From positions 397,064 through 461,063 of the forward strand of contig CAWFJD010000017.1 in NCBI GenBank assembly GCA_963816135.1: 64,000 nt of DNA. The letters are read 5' to 3'. The position numbers and the translations under genes are program-made. This DNA comes from an uncultured Chloroflexia bacterium. GTDB taxonomy: Bacteria > Chloroflexota > Limnocylindria > Limnocylindrales > CSP1-4. Below the pieces are notes generated by a model that was not told the DNA's origin, made no database searches, and was given only the letters and a program-made list of their open reading frames with translations. Shown here piece by piece: positions 21,907 to 32,663 of this stretch; within the stretch, counting starts at the first letter, position 1; each line of letters opens with the position of its first letter.

Positions 21907-22413
21907 TTATAGTCTCCGACCTCGCTCGGCCAGGCGCCTCGAAACCGCGGGGGGCACCATTTCGGAAACGTCGCCGCCGAAATGCGCGATTTCCTTGACC
22001 AGACTCGAGCTCAGGTAACTCTGATCCAGGGACGTCATGAAGAAGACGGTGTCGATCTCCGGCGCGAGCTTCCGATTGGTGTGGGCCATCTGGAGCTCCG
22101 ATTCGAAGTCGGACACGGCTCGCAATCCACGGACGATGAACGTCGCGCCGGTTCCGCGGCAGAAGTCCACGGTGAGCCCATCGAACGACTGGACTTCGAT
22201 CCGCGACGCGACATCCGCGGGGCAGAACTCGTCCACGGACTCGCGAATGACCTGGACCCGGACATCGATCGGGAAGAGCGGCTTGCCCTTCTGGGGGTTC
22301 ACCAGGACGGCGAAGTAGATCCGGTCGAAAACGGCGCTCGCCCGGGTGACGACGTCGAGATGACCGTAGGTGATCGGATCGAACGAGCCGGCGTAGACGG
22401 CGATCCTGCTCAT
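21907..22413 (-). CDS. coaD: Phosphopantetheine adenylyltransferase
   Basis: Begins at ATG 22413: MSRIAVYAGSFDPITYGHLDVV...FIVRGLRAVSDFESELQMAHTNR...SSSLVKE. Confidence 0.9.
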   Translation of the reverse strand: MSRIAVYAGSFDPITYGHLDVVTRASAVFDRIYFAVLVNPQKGKPLFPIDVRVQVIRESVDEFCPADVASRIEVQSFDGLTVDFCRGTGATFIVRGLRAVSDFESELQMAHTNRKLAPEIDTVFFMTSLDQSYLSSSLVKEIAHFGGDVSEMVPPAVSRRLAERGRRL

Positions 22414-23034
22414 TCTGCCTCTGCCCTCTCCCCTTCTCGCTCCGCGGTCGACGACTGGCCGGCCGGACGGTAGAAGGTCAACGTCGTCTCCCCGAAGCGG
22501 CGGCTCCGAACGGATGCTAGCAGCCCCACGCGCTCGGGTGGCGGAGTTCGCCAGAAGTGCTTGGCGACGACCCAGGATTTGCCGCTCAGCAGGCCGGCCG
22601 TCGGCGCGCGCCCAGCGCCTCGAGCGCGGCTTCCATGGCGGCCGTGTCGGCGTAGGGCGGGTCGACCAGGACGACGTCGAACGGGCCGGACGCCGTCGCG
22701 GCAGCGGATCGCGGAGGAACGTCGCGACGTCGCGTCGGTGGATATGGGCCCGAGCTTCTACATGGGCTCGGGCCACGTTCTGGAAGATGGTGGCGACGGC
22801 GGTCGCGTCCCGTTCCACGAAGTCGGCCGAGGCGGCTCCGCGCGAGAGGGCCTCGATGCCGCCTGCCCCCGAACCGGCGAACAGGTCGAGCATGCGCGCG
22901 CCGCGCAGGTCCGGCTCGAGGATCGCGAAGAGCGTCTGCTTGACCCGATCCGACAGCGGCCGGGTTGCCTCGCCCGGCGCGAGGAGGCGGACTCCTCGGG
23001 CCGAGCCGGCGATGACGCGGCCTGCCTCAGCCAC
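22410..23034 (-). pseudogene. rsmD: 16S rRNA (guanine966-N2)-methyltransferase RsmD (at least 2 shifts)
   Basis: The ORF 21907..23463 frame gives GRVIAGSARGVRL...TRPLSDRVKQTLFAIL...MLDLFAGSGAGGIEALSRGA...FVE. The following FDVVLVDPPY and LLSGKSWVVAKH...FGETTLTFYRP segments need two other frames. Its stop overlaps the coaD ATG. Confidence 0.8.
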
Positions 23035-25429
23035 GTCGCCGAGCTCCGGTGGCGCGTGCCGCGGCCGCACGGGGAGCGCGCGCGCGCCCGCTGGTGACGC
23101 GAGAGACAGGGGCCGGTGCCTTGACGACCTGCGGTTCGTCGTCCGGTTCGTCAGCCGTCTCCGCCAGTACCTCGCCGGCGCCGACACGAGCCAGCCAGCC
23201 GTCGCGAAGCTCCGCGGCGAGTCGCTCGAGGCCCGGCCGCAGCGCGGCCTTCTCGTCGACGAGCGTCTCGGCGATCTCCCGAGCGCGCACGGCGCGGCGG
23301 CGATCCTCGGGATCCTTGAGCGAGGCGATCCGAAGCGTGGGCAGGCCGCTCTGATGGAGCCCGAGCAGCTCGCCCTCTTGCCGCAACTCGAGGTCCAGCT
23401 CGGCCAGCTCGAAGCCGTCGGTATTCGCGACGAGCGCCTCGAGCCGGGCTTTGGCCGTGGCATCGGCCGAATCGGACACGAGGATGCAGTAGGACTGCGC
23501 CTCTCCCCGGCCGACGCGGCCGCGGAGCTGGTGGAGCTGGGCCAGCCCGAAGCGATCCGCGTCGAGGATCAGCATCACCGTGGCTTCGGGCACGTCGACG
23601 CCCACTTCCAGGACGGTCGTGCCGACCATGACGTCGATCTCGCCGCGCCGGAAGAGGTCCATCCGGCGATCGCGCTCGGCCGCCTTCATCTGGCCGTGGA
23701 CGACTCCGACGCGTGGGGCCGGTTCCGGACGCGCCGATGCGACGCGCGGCTTCGGCGAGTTCGGCCGGCAGCGCGGAGGCAACTTCGTCGGCGGAACGCG
23801 CGGCGGACTCCTCGTCCTCTTCGACGAGCGGCACGACCACGAAGGCTCGGTGGCCTGCCAGGACCTCCCTGACGATCAGCGGGTAAGCGCCCTTGGACGG
23901 TTCCTGCACCGCCCCCGCAAGTCCGTCGGAGTGGCGGATCCCGGTGAGGATCCGCTGCCGGCCCGCCGGGAGCGACCGCAGATCCGAGACGTCCAGGTCC
24001 GCGAGAAGGATCTGGCCAAGGGTCCGCGGGATCGGAGTGGCCGTCATCAGGAGCATGTGCGGCGGCCACGCCCTTCGCTCCGAGCGCCTCGCGCTGGGCC
24101 ACGCCGAAGCGGTGCTGCTCGTCGACGACCGCGAGGGCCAGGTCGGCGAACTGGACCGCCTCCTGGACGAGGGCGTGCGTGCCCACGACGATCCGGCCGC
24201 TCGTAAGGCCCATCAGGCCCGTGCCCGCGCTCGGGGCGGCGAGCAGCTCCAGCGCCGCCCGCTTCTCGGCCGCGGGCAGCGAGCCCGGTGAGCAGCGTGA
24301 CGGAGTGGCCGAGCGGCTCGAGCAGGCGCCGCAGCGCGACGGCGTGCTGGCGGGCCAGCAGATCCGTCGGGGCGAGCAGCGCTCCCTGGCGGCCCGCGTC
24401 CGCCACGAAGGCCAGAGCCGAGCGCGGCCACGGCCGTCTTGCCCGAACCCACGTCGCCCTGGAGCAGCCGCATCATCGGCTGCGGCCGGCCCAGGTCCGC
24501 CGCGATCGCCTGAACGGCCGCCGCCTGATCGTCGGTCAGACGAGCGGCCACGTCCGTTCCGGTTCGGGCCTGGAGCTGCTCCGTCAGGGCCGCCTCCACG
24601 GCCGACGACTCCCCGTTGGATCTGCTCGGCGTGACCGCCACGGGCTCGCCCACGGCGACGCGGCGCTGCCGCTCGCGAACCACCATCCCGATCTCGAGGG
24701 CGAGCAGCTCGTCGAATCCGAGCCGGCGCAGCGCGGCGTCGCGCGCCGGGAACGTCTCGGGGTAGTGGGCGCTCTCGAGCGCCTCGCCGACCGGCATCGC
24801 TCTCTCCGGAACGGCTCCGGAGCTCGGTCGTGAGGTAGTCCTCGTACCTCTTCCCGACCGCGTCGAGCGCCTGCCGGATCGCCCGCCGGAGCGTGGCCGC
24901 GGTCAGACCCGCCGTGAGCCGGTAGACGGGCACGATCCGGCCCGCGTGCAGGAGGGCGGAGCCGTCGTCGGGCTGGAACTCGGGGTTGTCGAGGGATGCG
25001 GTGAAGCCGCGGCGGCGGACCTTGCCGCTGACGATGATCCAGTCGCCCTCGTGGAGCCGCCGCTCGACGTACCGTCGCCCGAACCAGGTCGCCTCGACCT
25101 CGCCGGTGTCGTCGCCGAGGTAGGCGGTGGTCCGCTGGACGCGGCGCCGGAAGGTCTGCTCCACGCGCAGGCCGCGGACCTGGAGCCGGGCGCTTGCCGG
25201 CGTGCCCTCGGGGACGTGGTTGAGCTCACGTGCCGTGCTCAGGGCCCGCAGGTCGTCGTAACGGCGGGGCAGGTAGAAGAGCAGGTCGCGAACGTTCTTG
25301 ACGCCGATGCGCGGGCCCGCTCGTCGCAGGACGGTGTTGCCCGTGAGGCCGCTTCGGCCGATGGGTGTGTCGGGACCGATCGGGCTCCGGCGCCACCGAC
25401 GCCGACGTGGAACGCCCCCTGGCTGCCAT
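23027..25429 (-). pseudogene. recG: ATP-dependent DNA helicase RecG (many shifts)
   Basis: The pieces lie in different frames. The N-terminus is DTPIGRSGLTGNTVLRRAG...LLFYLPRRY. The wedge region is in ORF 23686..25164. MRLLQGDVGSGKT is in ORF 24213..24797, and LLAPTDLLARQH in ORF 24047..24406. VVDEQHRFGV is next, then MLLMTATPIPRTL in ORF 23151..24056. The C-terminus VHGQMK...GTTVLEVGVDVPEATVM...QLHQLRGRVGRG is in ORF 23027..23782. Confidence 0.9.
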
Positions 25430-25432
25430 CCC

Positions 25433-27265
25433 CTACTCGGCCGAGATCAGATACCGGTAATGGGGCTGCCCGCCGGCGAGCACCTGGACTTCCACTCCGG
25501 TCCGCCAGGCCTCGATGCGCCGGCCCATCGCCTCCGCCTCGGCCGGGTCGGCGGCGGCCCCGTAGTAGAGCGTGATCACCTCGAACCCGGGCTCGAGGGC
25601 TTCGAGCGCGGCAGAGCACCGCGGCCGATCGGTCGTTGCCGACGGCGAGCAGGCCGTCGTCCGGGTCCAGGACGATGGTCTGGCCCTTGCGAACCTTGCG
25701 GCCGCCGACCACCGCGTCGCGGACCGCTTCGGTGACCTGGAGCGTCTGGACGGCCCGTCCGGCGAGCGTCATCACCTCGGCGTTGGCGGTGGCGTCGCGA
25801 TCGGGATCGAGGGCCAGAAGGGCCGCGAAACCCTCGGCCGCGTTTCGAGTGGGCACTACTCGGACGCGGCGGGAAGTCATCTCGCTCGCCTGCCTTGCCG
25901 CGAGGACGACGTTCGGGTTGTTCGGCAGCAGCAGGATCTCGTCGGCGGCGATCCTCTCGACCGCGTCGAGCAGCTCGCCCGTCGACGGGTTGGCGCTCTG
26001 TCCGCCCCGAACGACCGCGGCGACGCCGTAGGAGTTGAAGATGCGGGCCAGTCCGTCGCCTGCCGCCACGGCGACCACGGCGAGCGGCACCGTCTCGACG
26101 ACGGCCGTGTGGCCGGCCGGCGCGGTTGCCAGATCCGTCGATGTCGTTTGACGTGGCTTGGGACCGGCGGCCGACGTCTCGGCTACGGCGCGGACCTCGA
26201 TGCCGTACGTCTCGAGGTCCACATGCGGCAGCGGCCCGGCCTCGCGCCGGTCTGCGGGCAGACGATGGTCGATCGGCGCGGCCACGGTCTCGGCGGCGTT
26301 CTTCTCGCGGACCTCGTACGACTGAGCGTCCAGGTTCTCGACGGTGATGCGGGTCAACGAGCCGAGCGTCAGGCCCAGGGCGATCACCCGGTCCGGCCGA
26401 TCGTTGTGGACGTGGACCTTGACCGCGCCCGCGTCGCCGGCGACGAGCACCGACTCACCGAGCCGCTCGAGCTCGCCGCGTAGGGAATCCAGGTCAAGTG
26501 GGGTCTGGCCCGCTCGCAGGACGAACATCGTCTCGTAGCCGAACGCGCCATCGGCCGCCGCACTCGACCCATCTCGGCCATTCGCCCCCGGGACCGGCGC
26601 GCCCGCGGCCGGCCGTCCGGGCTCGACCGCCGCTCGTCTTGGGATGCGCTCCTGCGAGATACATCTCCGCGCCCTGCAGGAGCCGGAACAGGCCCTGCCC
26701 GCCGGCGTCGACGACGCCCGCGTCCCGCAAGACCGGCAGCAGCGACGGCGTCTTGGCGACGGCTTCTTCGCGCCCCGGCGACCGCGGCGGCGAGCACCGC
26801 GCCCAGGTCGCCGCCCGCCTCGGCCTTCTCGCTCGCGGCCAGGGACGCTTCGCGGATCACCGTCAGGATCGTCCCTTCGACAGGCTTGACGACGGCGCGG
26901 TAGGCCGTGGCCGCGCCCTGGTTGAGCGAGTGAGCCAGGTCCTGGCCGTCGAACCGCTGCTTGCCACCGAGCCCCTCGGCCATGCCACGAAAGATCTGCG
27001 AAGCGATCACGCCCGAGTTGCCGCGGGCGCCCATCAGCGCGCCATAGCTGATCGCCTGGGCGATCCGGTCCGCCGTCGGCTCGACGACGGCTTCGGCCTC
27101 GGCCAGCGCCGCCTTGACCGTGGCGAGCATGTTGCTGCCCGTGTCGCCGTCCGGCACCGGGAAGACGTTGAGGGCGTTGACCTCGTCCACGTGGGCGGCG
27201 AGATTATCCACGGCCGCGCCGAAGGCGCCGAGGAGCCCGCGGCCATCGGAAGCCCGGCGGCTCAT
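25433..27265 (-). pseudogene. DAK2 domain-containing protein (YloV-like; several shifts)
   Basis: Begins at ATG 27265: LNVFPVPDGDTGSNM...GARGNSGVI (ORF 26384..27322). Then DAGVVDAGGQGL (ORF 26494..26730). The C-terminal DegV-like half is in ORF 25239..26528. The terminal ...EVITLYYGAAADPAEAEAMG...PHYRYLISAE is in yet another frame, with its stop at 25433-25435. Confidence 0.8.
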
Positions 27266-27281
27266 CGGCAGACTCGATCTG

Positions 27282-27755
27282 TCATGCGCTCTTCGATCTT
27301 CTTCTCCGCGTCGGAGCCCCATCCGCCGATGCCGTCGCGGTCGGGACCGGTTCGGGTGACGCCGCGGGCTCGATGTGCTCGGCCCGCTCGATGGCCTGGG
27401 CCCGCTGGACCGCGGACGGCTCGTAGCGGAGGCCGTCGACGTGGATCGCGAGCGCCGCGACCTCGACTCCGGTGGCTCGCCGCAGCGAGTAGCGGACCGC
27501 CGAGTCCACCTGGCGGGCTACTTCCGCGACCGGAATTCCGAAGGCCACCTTGACGAACAACTCCAGGCGAAGCCCACCGTCGGTCGTGAGTCGGATCCCC
27601 GGGCGGTCGAGTCCAATCCAGCGCAGAATGCGCCGGCCGAGAGATGGATCGGCGAAGCCCGTTACTCCGTAGCTGCTCTGGACCGCGGTCCGGACGATGT
27701 CGACGATGGCGCGGCGGGTGACGATCGATGTGCCGGCCACCGATGGTTCGGGCAT
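27282..27755 (-). CDS. Asp23/Gls24 (DUF322) family protein
   Basis: Intact 157 aa ORF reading IVTRRAIVDIVRTAVQSSYGVTGF...LELFVKVAFGIPVAEVARQVDSAVRYSL. It holds the conserved position upstream of the DAK2 gene and divergent from rpmB. Confidence 0.8.
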   Translation of the reverse strand: MPEPSVAGTSIVTRRAIVDIVRTAVQSSYGVTGFADPSLGRRILRWIGLDRPGIRLTTDGGLRLELFVKVAFGIPVAEVARQVDSAVRYSLRRATGVEVAALAIHVDGLRYEPSAVQRAQAIERAEHIEPAASPEPVPTATASADGAPTRRRRSKSA

Positions 27756-27863
27756 GGCATGTCACTCAGTTAGCAGGGGCCCCGGAACGGTGTGCTATCA
27801 TACCGCCCCGTTCGGTCCCGGTTGGGACCTCACTTTTTGCGACTTCTTACACGTGAGGACCTT

Positions 27864-28061
27864 ATGGCTCGCTCCTGCGCCGTCTGCGGGAAAGTCTCCA
27901 TGGACGGCTTCAACCCGCAGTCGTCCGGAATGAACCGGGTCCGCGCGCACCGCCGCTACTACCCGAACCTGCAGAAGACCACGATCCAGGTGGCCGGCAA
28001 GGCCGTCAAGGCGCTCGTCTGCACGCGCTGCCAGCGCACGCTGTCTCGCGCGGCCCTCTGA
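27864..28061 (+). CDS. rpmB: 50S ribosomal protein L28
   Basis: ATG 27864 follows GUGAGGA. MARSCAVCGKVSMDGFNPQSSGMNRVRAHRRYYPNLQK...CTRC is L28-like. Confidence 0.85.
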   Translation: MARSCAVCGKVSMDGFNPQSSGMNRVRAHRRYYPNLQKTTIQVAGKAVKALVCTRCQRTLSRAAL

Positions 28062-28166
28062 TCGTTTCGCGTTCCGGCGGACTCAGTTCCGCGAAACCTC
28101 GATCGGCGTCGAGCAACCGCTCGGCGCCGTTTCTGTGTCCGGTGAATCAGGCGCCGCCGAGCAGGG

Positions 28167-28592
28167 TCACTCGACGTCCTGCCAGATCGACGGCTCCTCG
28201 ATCAGGCCTCCGCGCCGGCGGGTTACAGGCCCTGCGCCCCAGGCACCGTGGCTCCAGCCGACGACGACCATGAGCAGGCCAAGTCCGACCATGTTCAGAT
28301 CGCGCCGCCACGAGCCAAGGGCCATGACCGCGTCGCCGGCCAGTCGGATCGCGGTCGCCTCCGAGGTCATGTGCTGGAGCACGTAGCGGCCCGCCTCTGT
28401 ATCGCGCAGGCCGTCCACGTCGCACATCGTCATCACGACACCGGAACCGGCCATCGGCAAAAGCGTGCGGACGGCAATTCCCGCGCCCAGGCGATGCTTC
28501 CAGAGGAGCACATTCGAGAGCATCGAAGCCGAGACGTCCGCCGTCAGCTTGAGCGGATGGACCTGGTGCAGGAGCACGGCATCTCGATCCAT
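28167..28592 (-). CDS. Hypothetical membrane protein
   Basis: Intact 141 aa ORF with hydrophobic segments (LLPMAGSGVVMTM, MVGLGLLMVVVGW). I recognise no family. Confidence 0.4.
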   Translation of the reverse strand: MDRDAVLLHQVHPLKLTADVSASMLSNVLLWKHRLGAGIAVRTLLPMAGSGVVMTMCDVDGLRDTEAGRYVLQHMTSEATAIRLAGDAVMALGSWRRDLNMVGLGLLMVVVGWSHGAWGAGPVTRRRGGLIEEPSIWQDVE

Positions 28593-28645
28593 GGCCCGAT
28601 CCTAGACGCGATGAAATGCCGACACCCGCGCGGATGCGGCCTGGA

Positions 28646-29116
28646 TCAGCCTCCGGTCCGAGCCGCGAGGCCCATCTCCTCGGAGTCGAGCCACACGGTG
28701 AAGGGTCCCTCGTTGACCAGTTCGACTTCCATGTGCGCTCCGAAACGACCTCGCGCGACGGAGATGCCCAGGGATTCCAGCTGCGCGCAGAAGGCGTCGT
28801 AGAGACGCTCGCCGAGCTCCGGGCCGCCTGCCCGGATGAATGACGGCCTCCTGCCCTTCCGCGTATCCGCATAGAGGGTGAACTGGCTGACCACCAGGGC
28901 CGCTCCGCCGGTGTCCGCGATCGAGAGGTTTGTGAGGCCCTCCGCGTCGGCGAAGATCCGCAGGACGGCGATCTTGGCCGCGAGGGCCGCCCCGACGGAC
29001 TCGTCGTCCTCCGGTGCGACGCCGAGCAGGATCAGAAGCCCCGGTCCAATCGTGCCGACGACCTCACGATCGACGCGCACCTCCGCCCGGGAGACACGCT
29101 GGAGCAGGGCGCGCAT
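28646..29116 (-). CDS. dtd: D-aminoacyl-tRNA deacylase
   Basis: Intact 156 aa ORF reading [16 protein letters not shown]...GLLILLGV...[20 protein letters not shown]...[16 protein letters not shown]. Confidence 0.9.
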   Translation of the reverse strand: MRALLQRVSRAEVRVDREVVGTIGPGLLILLGVAPEDDESVGAALAAKIAVLRIFADAEGLTNLSIADTGGAALVVSQFTLYADTRKGRRPSFIRAGGPELGERLYDAFCAQLESLGISVARGRFGAHMEVELVNEGPFTVWLDSEEMGLAARTGG

Positions 29117-29128
29117 CCCCTCCTCCGG

Positions 29129-30541
29129 TCAGCGGCTGACGAGACCGGCCGCGGCGCGCCACAGCCCGCCCAGGATTCCGAGCCACGGCAGCAGGTACAG
29201 CGCCCCGTGCGAACCGCCCAGGAGGCCGAAACCGGCCATCAGACCGGCCGCGATCGCGCCGACGACGGCCACCGCAAGTCCCTGCGATACCAGGCTCCAG
29301 CGGATTCGGCGGCCCAGACGGCCGAACGCTCCGACCTCTCCGCCATCTTCGGCCTCGACGCCGGCTTCGATCTCTTCGTCCGCGATCTGGTTCATGAAAC
29401 GGCGGGCCCAGGCCGGGCCGCGCAGGATGACCAGATACGCCGCCGACGCGTACACGACACCGCCGACGATGTCGAACACCCAATGCTCGCCCAGATAGAC
29501 GATGGCGAACCAGATGCAGAACGTGTAGGCCAGCATCAGCCAGCCGGCCTTGCCGAAGGCGTGCCGGGCGAACAGGAATGCCAGGAATGGGTAGGCGGCA
29601 TGCAGCGAGGGGAACGCCGCCACGTCGTTCGAGCTGATGCTGTACAGGCTGTACGAGTAGAAGTAGTTGCCGAAACCGAAGAGGTTGGTCAGGCCCTGGA
29701 AGCCGTTGTCGCGCAAGTGGAGGACCCCCGTCACGCAGGGACCTCCACAGGTCGAGGCCGCTTTCGTCGCATCGGCCGCCCACCAGGGGGGCGCGACAGG
29801 CAGGAGCAGGAACGTCACGAAGGCCGCCATCGAGAGCACGATCAGCGCCCCGACGTAATCGTAGTAGGCGCGTCGTTCGTGGATCCAGAGGAGGAAGCCG
29901 ATGGCGAGGGGCAGTGGGAAGTGCAGGAAGTAGAAGATGACCGAGATGGTCGCCAGGTTGTCCGGGCTCGCGGCCGGGCCCGAGTGGAATAGTCCCTGGA
30001 GCCAGACCGTCGGCAGGCCGCCGAGCCCGATGATCTTCTCGATGGAGATGACGTCCGTCACGTGGATCGGCAGGCCGAACTTGTCCGCGTAGCCCCGCAT
30101 GAGCTCGTAGGCGAAGAACAGCGCCACGAACGGGATCCAGTCGCGCAGGAATAGGCGGCCTCTGCCGAGCAGGATGGCAGCCAATCCGAAGGCCACGACG
30201 ATTACGTCCGGGGTAACGGAAATGCCCCGGGCGATCATCAGGAACGAGAGCAGGATCGCGTAGGCGGCCACGGCGGCAAGAAGGAGGCGATCGTTGCGCC
30301 GGCCCAGGTGAGTGTGCGCGGGAGCGGGCATGTCCGTGCCGGCACCCTCGCTTGCGGGTCGGGCCGTTGCCCCGGTTCCGGTCCCACCGGGGGCTCGGGC
30401 TTCGGTCGGGCCACCGGCCGCGGCGCCCGCGGCCGCGGCGCCGGCGGATCCGGCCGCCAGCCTGCCGGCGAGAGCCGCTTCGGCCGCCGCGCCTCCCGGT
30501 GGCGGCGCTGCGATCGGAGGGATCCGTCGCTCTTCTTTCAC
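29129..30541 (-). CDS. PAP2-superfamily integral membrane protein
   Basis: Intact 470 aa polytopic ORF with PAP2 C2/C3 motifs (FPSLHAAYP ... GEHWVFDIVGG). It has an Ala/Gly-rich N-terminus, and its GTG start overlaps the rpe stop. Confidence 0.65.
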   Translation of the reverse strand: MKEERRIPPIAAPPPGGAAAEAALAGRLAAGSAGAAAAGAAAGGPTEARAPGGTGTGATARPASEGAGTDMPAPAHTHLGRRNDRLLLAAVAAYAILLSFLMIARGISVTPDVIVVAFGLAAILLGRGRLFLRDWIPFVALFFAYELMRGYADKFGLPIHVTDVISIEKIIGLGGLPTVWLQGLFHSGPAASPDNLATISVIFYFLHFPLPLAIGFLLWIHERRAYYDYVGALIVLSMAAFVTFLLLPVAPPWWAADATKAASTCGGPCVTGVLHLRDNGFQGLTNLFGFGNYFYSYSLYSISSNDVAAFPSLHAAYPFLAFLFARHAFGKAGWLMLAYTFCIWFAIVYLGEHWVFDIVGGVVYASAAYLVILRGPAWARRFMNQIADEEIEAGVEAEDGGEVGAFGRLGRRIRWSLVSQGLAVAVVGAIAAGLMAGFGLLGGSHGALYLLPWLGILGGLWRAAAGLVSR

Positions 30542-31263
30542 CCGGCCACTCCGGCCGCGACGAGGTTGGAATTGCGCTTGCGGGCTTCGTCCGCGAGGGC
30601 TTTGATCGTCTTGATCTCGCGTTCCATGTCGTGGCCCTTCTTCCAGAGGACAGAACCCACGACCAGGACTTCAGCCGCTCCCGCGCCACAGACCGCCGCC
30701 GACGCGCGGTTGACGCCGCCATCGACATGGACTTCGCGGGCCGAGGGCTTATCCCCGGCCCTGTCCCGGAAGACATCGTGCGCGGGCCCAATCTTGGTGG
30801 CCGCGTCGGCGATGAACTTCTGGCCCCCGAAGCCCGGCTCCACCGTCATCACCATCACGATATCCAGCAACTCCGCGTAGGGCGTCAGAGCGGATAGTGG
30901 CGTGGCCGGCTTGACGGCCAATCCGGCTAGTATCCCCGCCTTGCGAATCTTGAGCAGAGTCGGCTCGATCGGCTCCTCGACCTCGACGTGGAACGTGATC
31001 GAGGTGCAGCCGGCGGCGATGAACTGGTCCATGTAGCGGCCGGGCTCGGAGATCATGAGGTGGGCGTCGAAGGGCCGCTTGGTCGCCGGCCTGAGGCTCT
31101 TGATGAGCGTCGGGCCAAAGGTGATGTTGGGCACGAAGTGGCCATCCATCACGTCGAGGTGGATTCGGTTGGCGCCCGCCTTGACGGCCAGTCTCGTTTC
31201 CCGGCAGAGGTCCGAGAGATCCGAATCCAGGATGCTCGCGCTGACCTGCGTTCGACGGCCCAT
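30538..31263 (-). CDS. rpe: Ribulose-phosphate 3-epimerase
   Basis: Begins at ATG 31263: SASILDSDLSDL...HLDVMDGHFVPNITFGP...DAHLM...MTVEPGFGGQKF...HVDGG. Confidence 0.9.
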   Translation of the reverse strand: MGRRTQVSASILDSDLSDLCRETRLAVKAGANRIHLDVMDGHFVPNITFGPTLIKSLRPATKRPFDAHLMISEPGRYMDQFIAAGCTSITFHVEVEEPIEPTLLKIRKAGILAGLAVKPATPLSALTPYAELLDIVMVMTVEPGFGGQKFIADAATKIGPAHDVFRDRAGDKPSAREVHVDGGVNRASAAVCGAGAAEVLVVGSVLWKKGHDMEREIKTIKALADEARKRNSNLVAAGVAG

Positions 31264-32663
31264 CAACGGGTCCCTCCACGTCCCGACCGCCCGGCCCCGA
31301 CGGCCCGTTCGAGGTCTTCGGCAAGTTCGCCGGTCGTCCGGTCGCCCCGGAGCGCGGCCTCGCTGGCCCGCAGGATCGTCTCGCGGCGATGCGCGACAGC
31401 GGGAGCGGTGGGCTCCCCTGCCCTGTCGGCGGCGAGCTGGCCGCATGCGGCACCGGCATCCTGGCCGCGATTCGCCCGGACCGTCACGCCGATCCCGGCT
31501 CGCCTGACCTGAGCCGAGAAGCTCGCGATCCGATCCGCACTGCTGGCCTGCCAGGGAGTGTGGGCCACTGGATTCATCGGGATCAGGTTCACGTGGGCCA
31601 GGTCGCCTCGCAGCAGGTTGGCCAGGGCATCGGCGTCTGCGTCGGTGTCGTTGACCCCGGAAATCATCACGTACTCGTAACTGATCCGCCGGCCGGTTAC
31701 GCGGGCATGCTCCCGAGCGGCGGCAACCACCTCGGCCACGGGCCAGCGTCGGTTGAGCGGAACGAGCACGTCGCGGAGGGGATCTCGCGCCGCGTGGAGA
31801 CTCACCGCGAGGGTGAACTGCGGGCCCATGGCGGTGAGTCGCTTGATGCCGGGGACAACTCCGGACGTGGACACGACAATGTGCCGCGCGCCAAGCCCGA
31901 ACCGGCGCGGATCGGAGAGCGCGGCGACGGCCTCGAGGACGCGGTCCAGGTTGAGCAGGGGCTCTCCCATGCCCATGAAGACGACGTTGGTCAGGTGCCG
32001 GCCGGTCGCCGCCAGCCGCTGCGCCGCGTGGCGGACCTGGTCGAGGATCTCCGACGTGTCCATGTCGCGATTGAAGCCAAGCTCGCCCGTGGCGCAGAAG
32101 GGACATCCCACCGCGCAACCCGCCTGGCTGGAAATGCACAGGGTGTGGCGCTCCCGATGCACCGTCCGGCCCGGACCGGCATAGCCTCGCGCCGGGTAGT
32201 GCATGAGCACCGACTCGACCATCGCGCCGTCCGAGAGCAGATGCAAGGTCTTCTCGGTCAGTCCGCGGTCTGAGACCGTCACTTCGTCGGCTTCGATGGT
32301 GTCGATCCGGAAATCCTGCGCGAGCGCATCCCGGACGGCCGCGGGCAGCGTCCGAAGCTCCTCGGCGTTGTTGGCGTGGTGCCGCCACAGCGCCTCGTGG
32401 ATCTGGTGGGCGCGATAGGGGGCCTGGCCGTGGCTCACGAGCCACGACTTGAGGACGTCGTCCTGGACTCCGCTCAGGCCCGGCCGCGGATCGGGAACGG
32501 GCCTGCGGGCCACGCTCGGAGCACGCGGAGGCTCGACGAGCGCGACCGACGGCGAGCCGGCTCGCTGGCCAGGGCGGTCAGAGGCGTCGGCGGCGGGACG
32601 GTCGGCCCCGAGCGGGTTGGAAGGGGCGCCGGCGGAGGGGCCATGCGCTTCGAGGTGACTCAC
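31263..32663 (-). CDS. rlmN: 23S rRNA/tRNA adenine-C2 methyltransferase RlmN (radical SAM) with an N-terminal extension
   Basis: Intact 466 aa ORF reading CISSQAGCAVGCPFCATG...NVVFMGMGEPLLN...STSG...SLHA...YEYVMISGVNDT...NLIPMNP...GQDAGAACGQL. Confidence 0.9.
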   Translation of the reverse strand: MSHLEAHGPSAGAPSNPLGADRPAADASDRPGQRAGSPSVALVEPPRAPSVARRPVPDPRPGLSGVQDDVLKSWLVSHGQAPYRAHQIHEALWRHHANNAEELRTLPAAVRDALAQDFRIDTIEADEVTVSDRGLTEKTLHLLSDGAMVESVLMHYPARGYAGPGRTVHRERHTLCISSQAGCAVGCPFCATGELGFNRDMDTSEILDQVRHAAQRLAATGRHLTNVVFMGMGEPLLNLDRVLEAVAALSDPRRFGLGARHIVVSTSGVVPGIKRLTAMGPQFTLAVSLHAARDPLRDVLVPLNRRWPVAEVVAAAREHARVTGRRISYEYVMISGVNDTDADADALANLLRGDLAHVNLIPMNPVAHTPWQASSADRIASFSAQVRRAGIGVTVRANRGQDAGAACGQLAADRAGEPTAPAVAHRRETILRASEAALRGDRTTGELAEDLERAVGAGRSGRGGTR

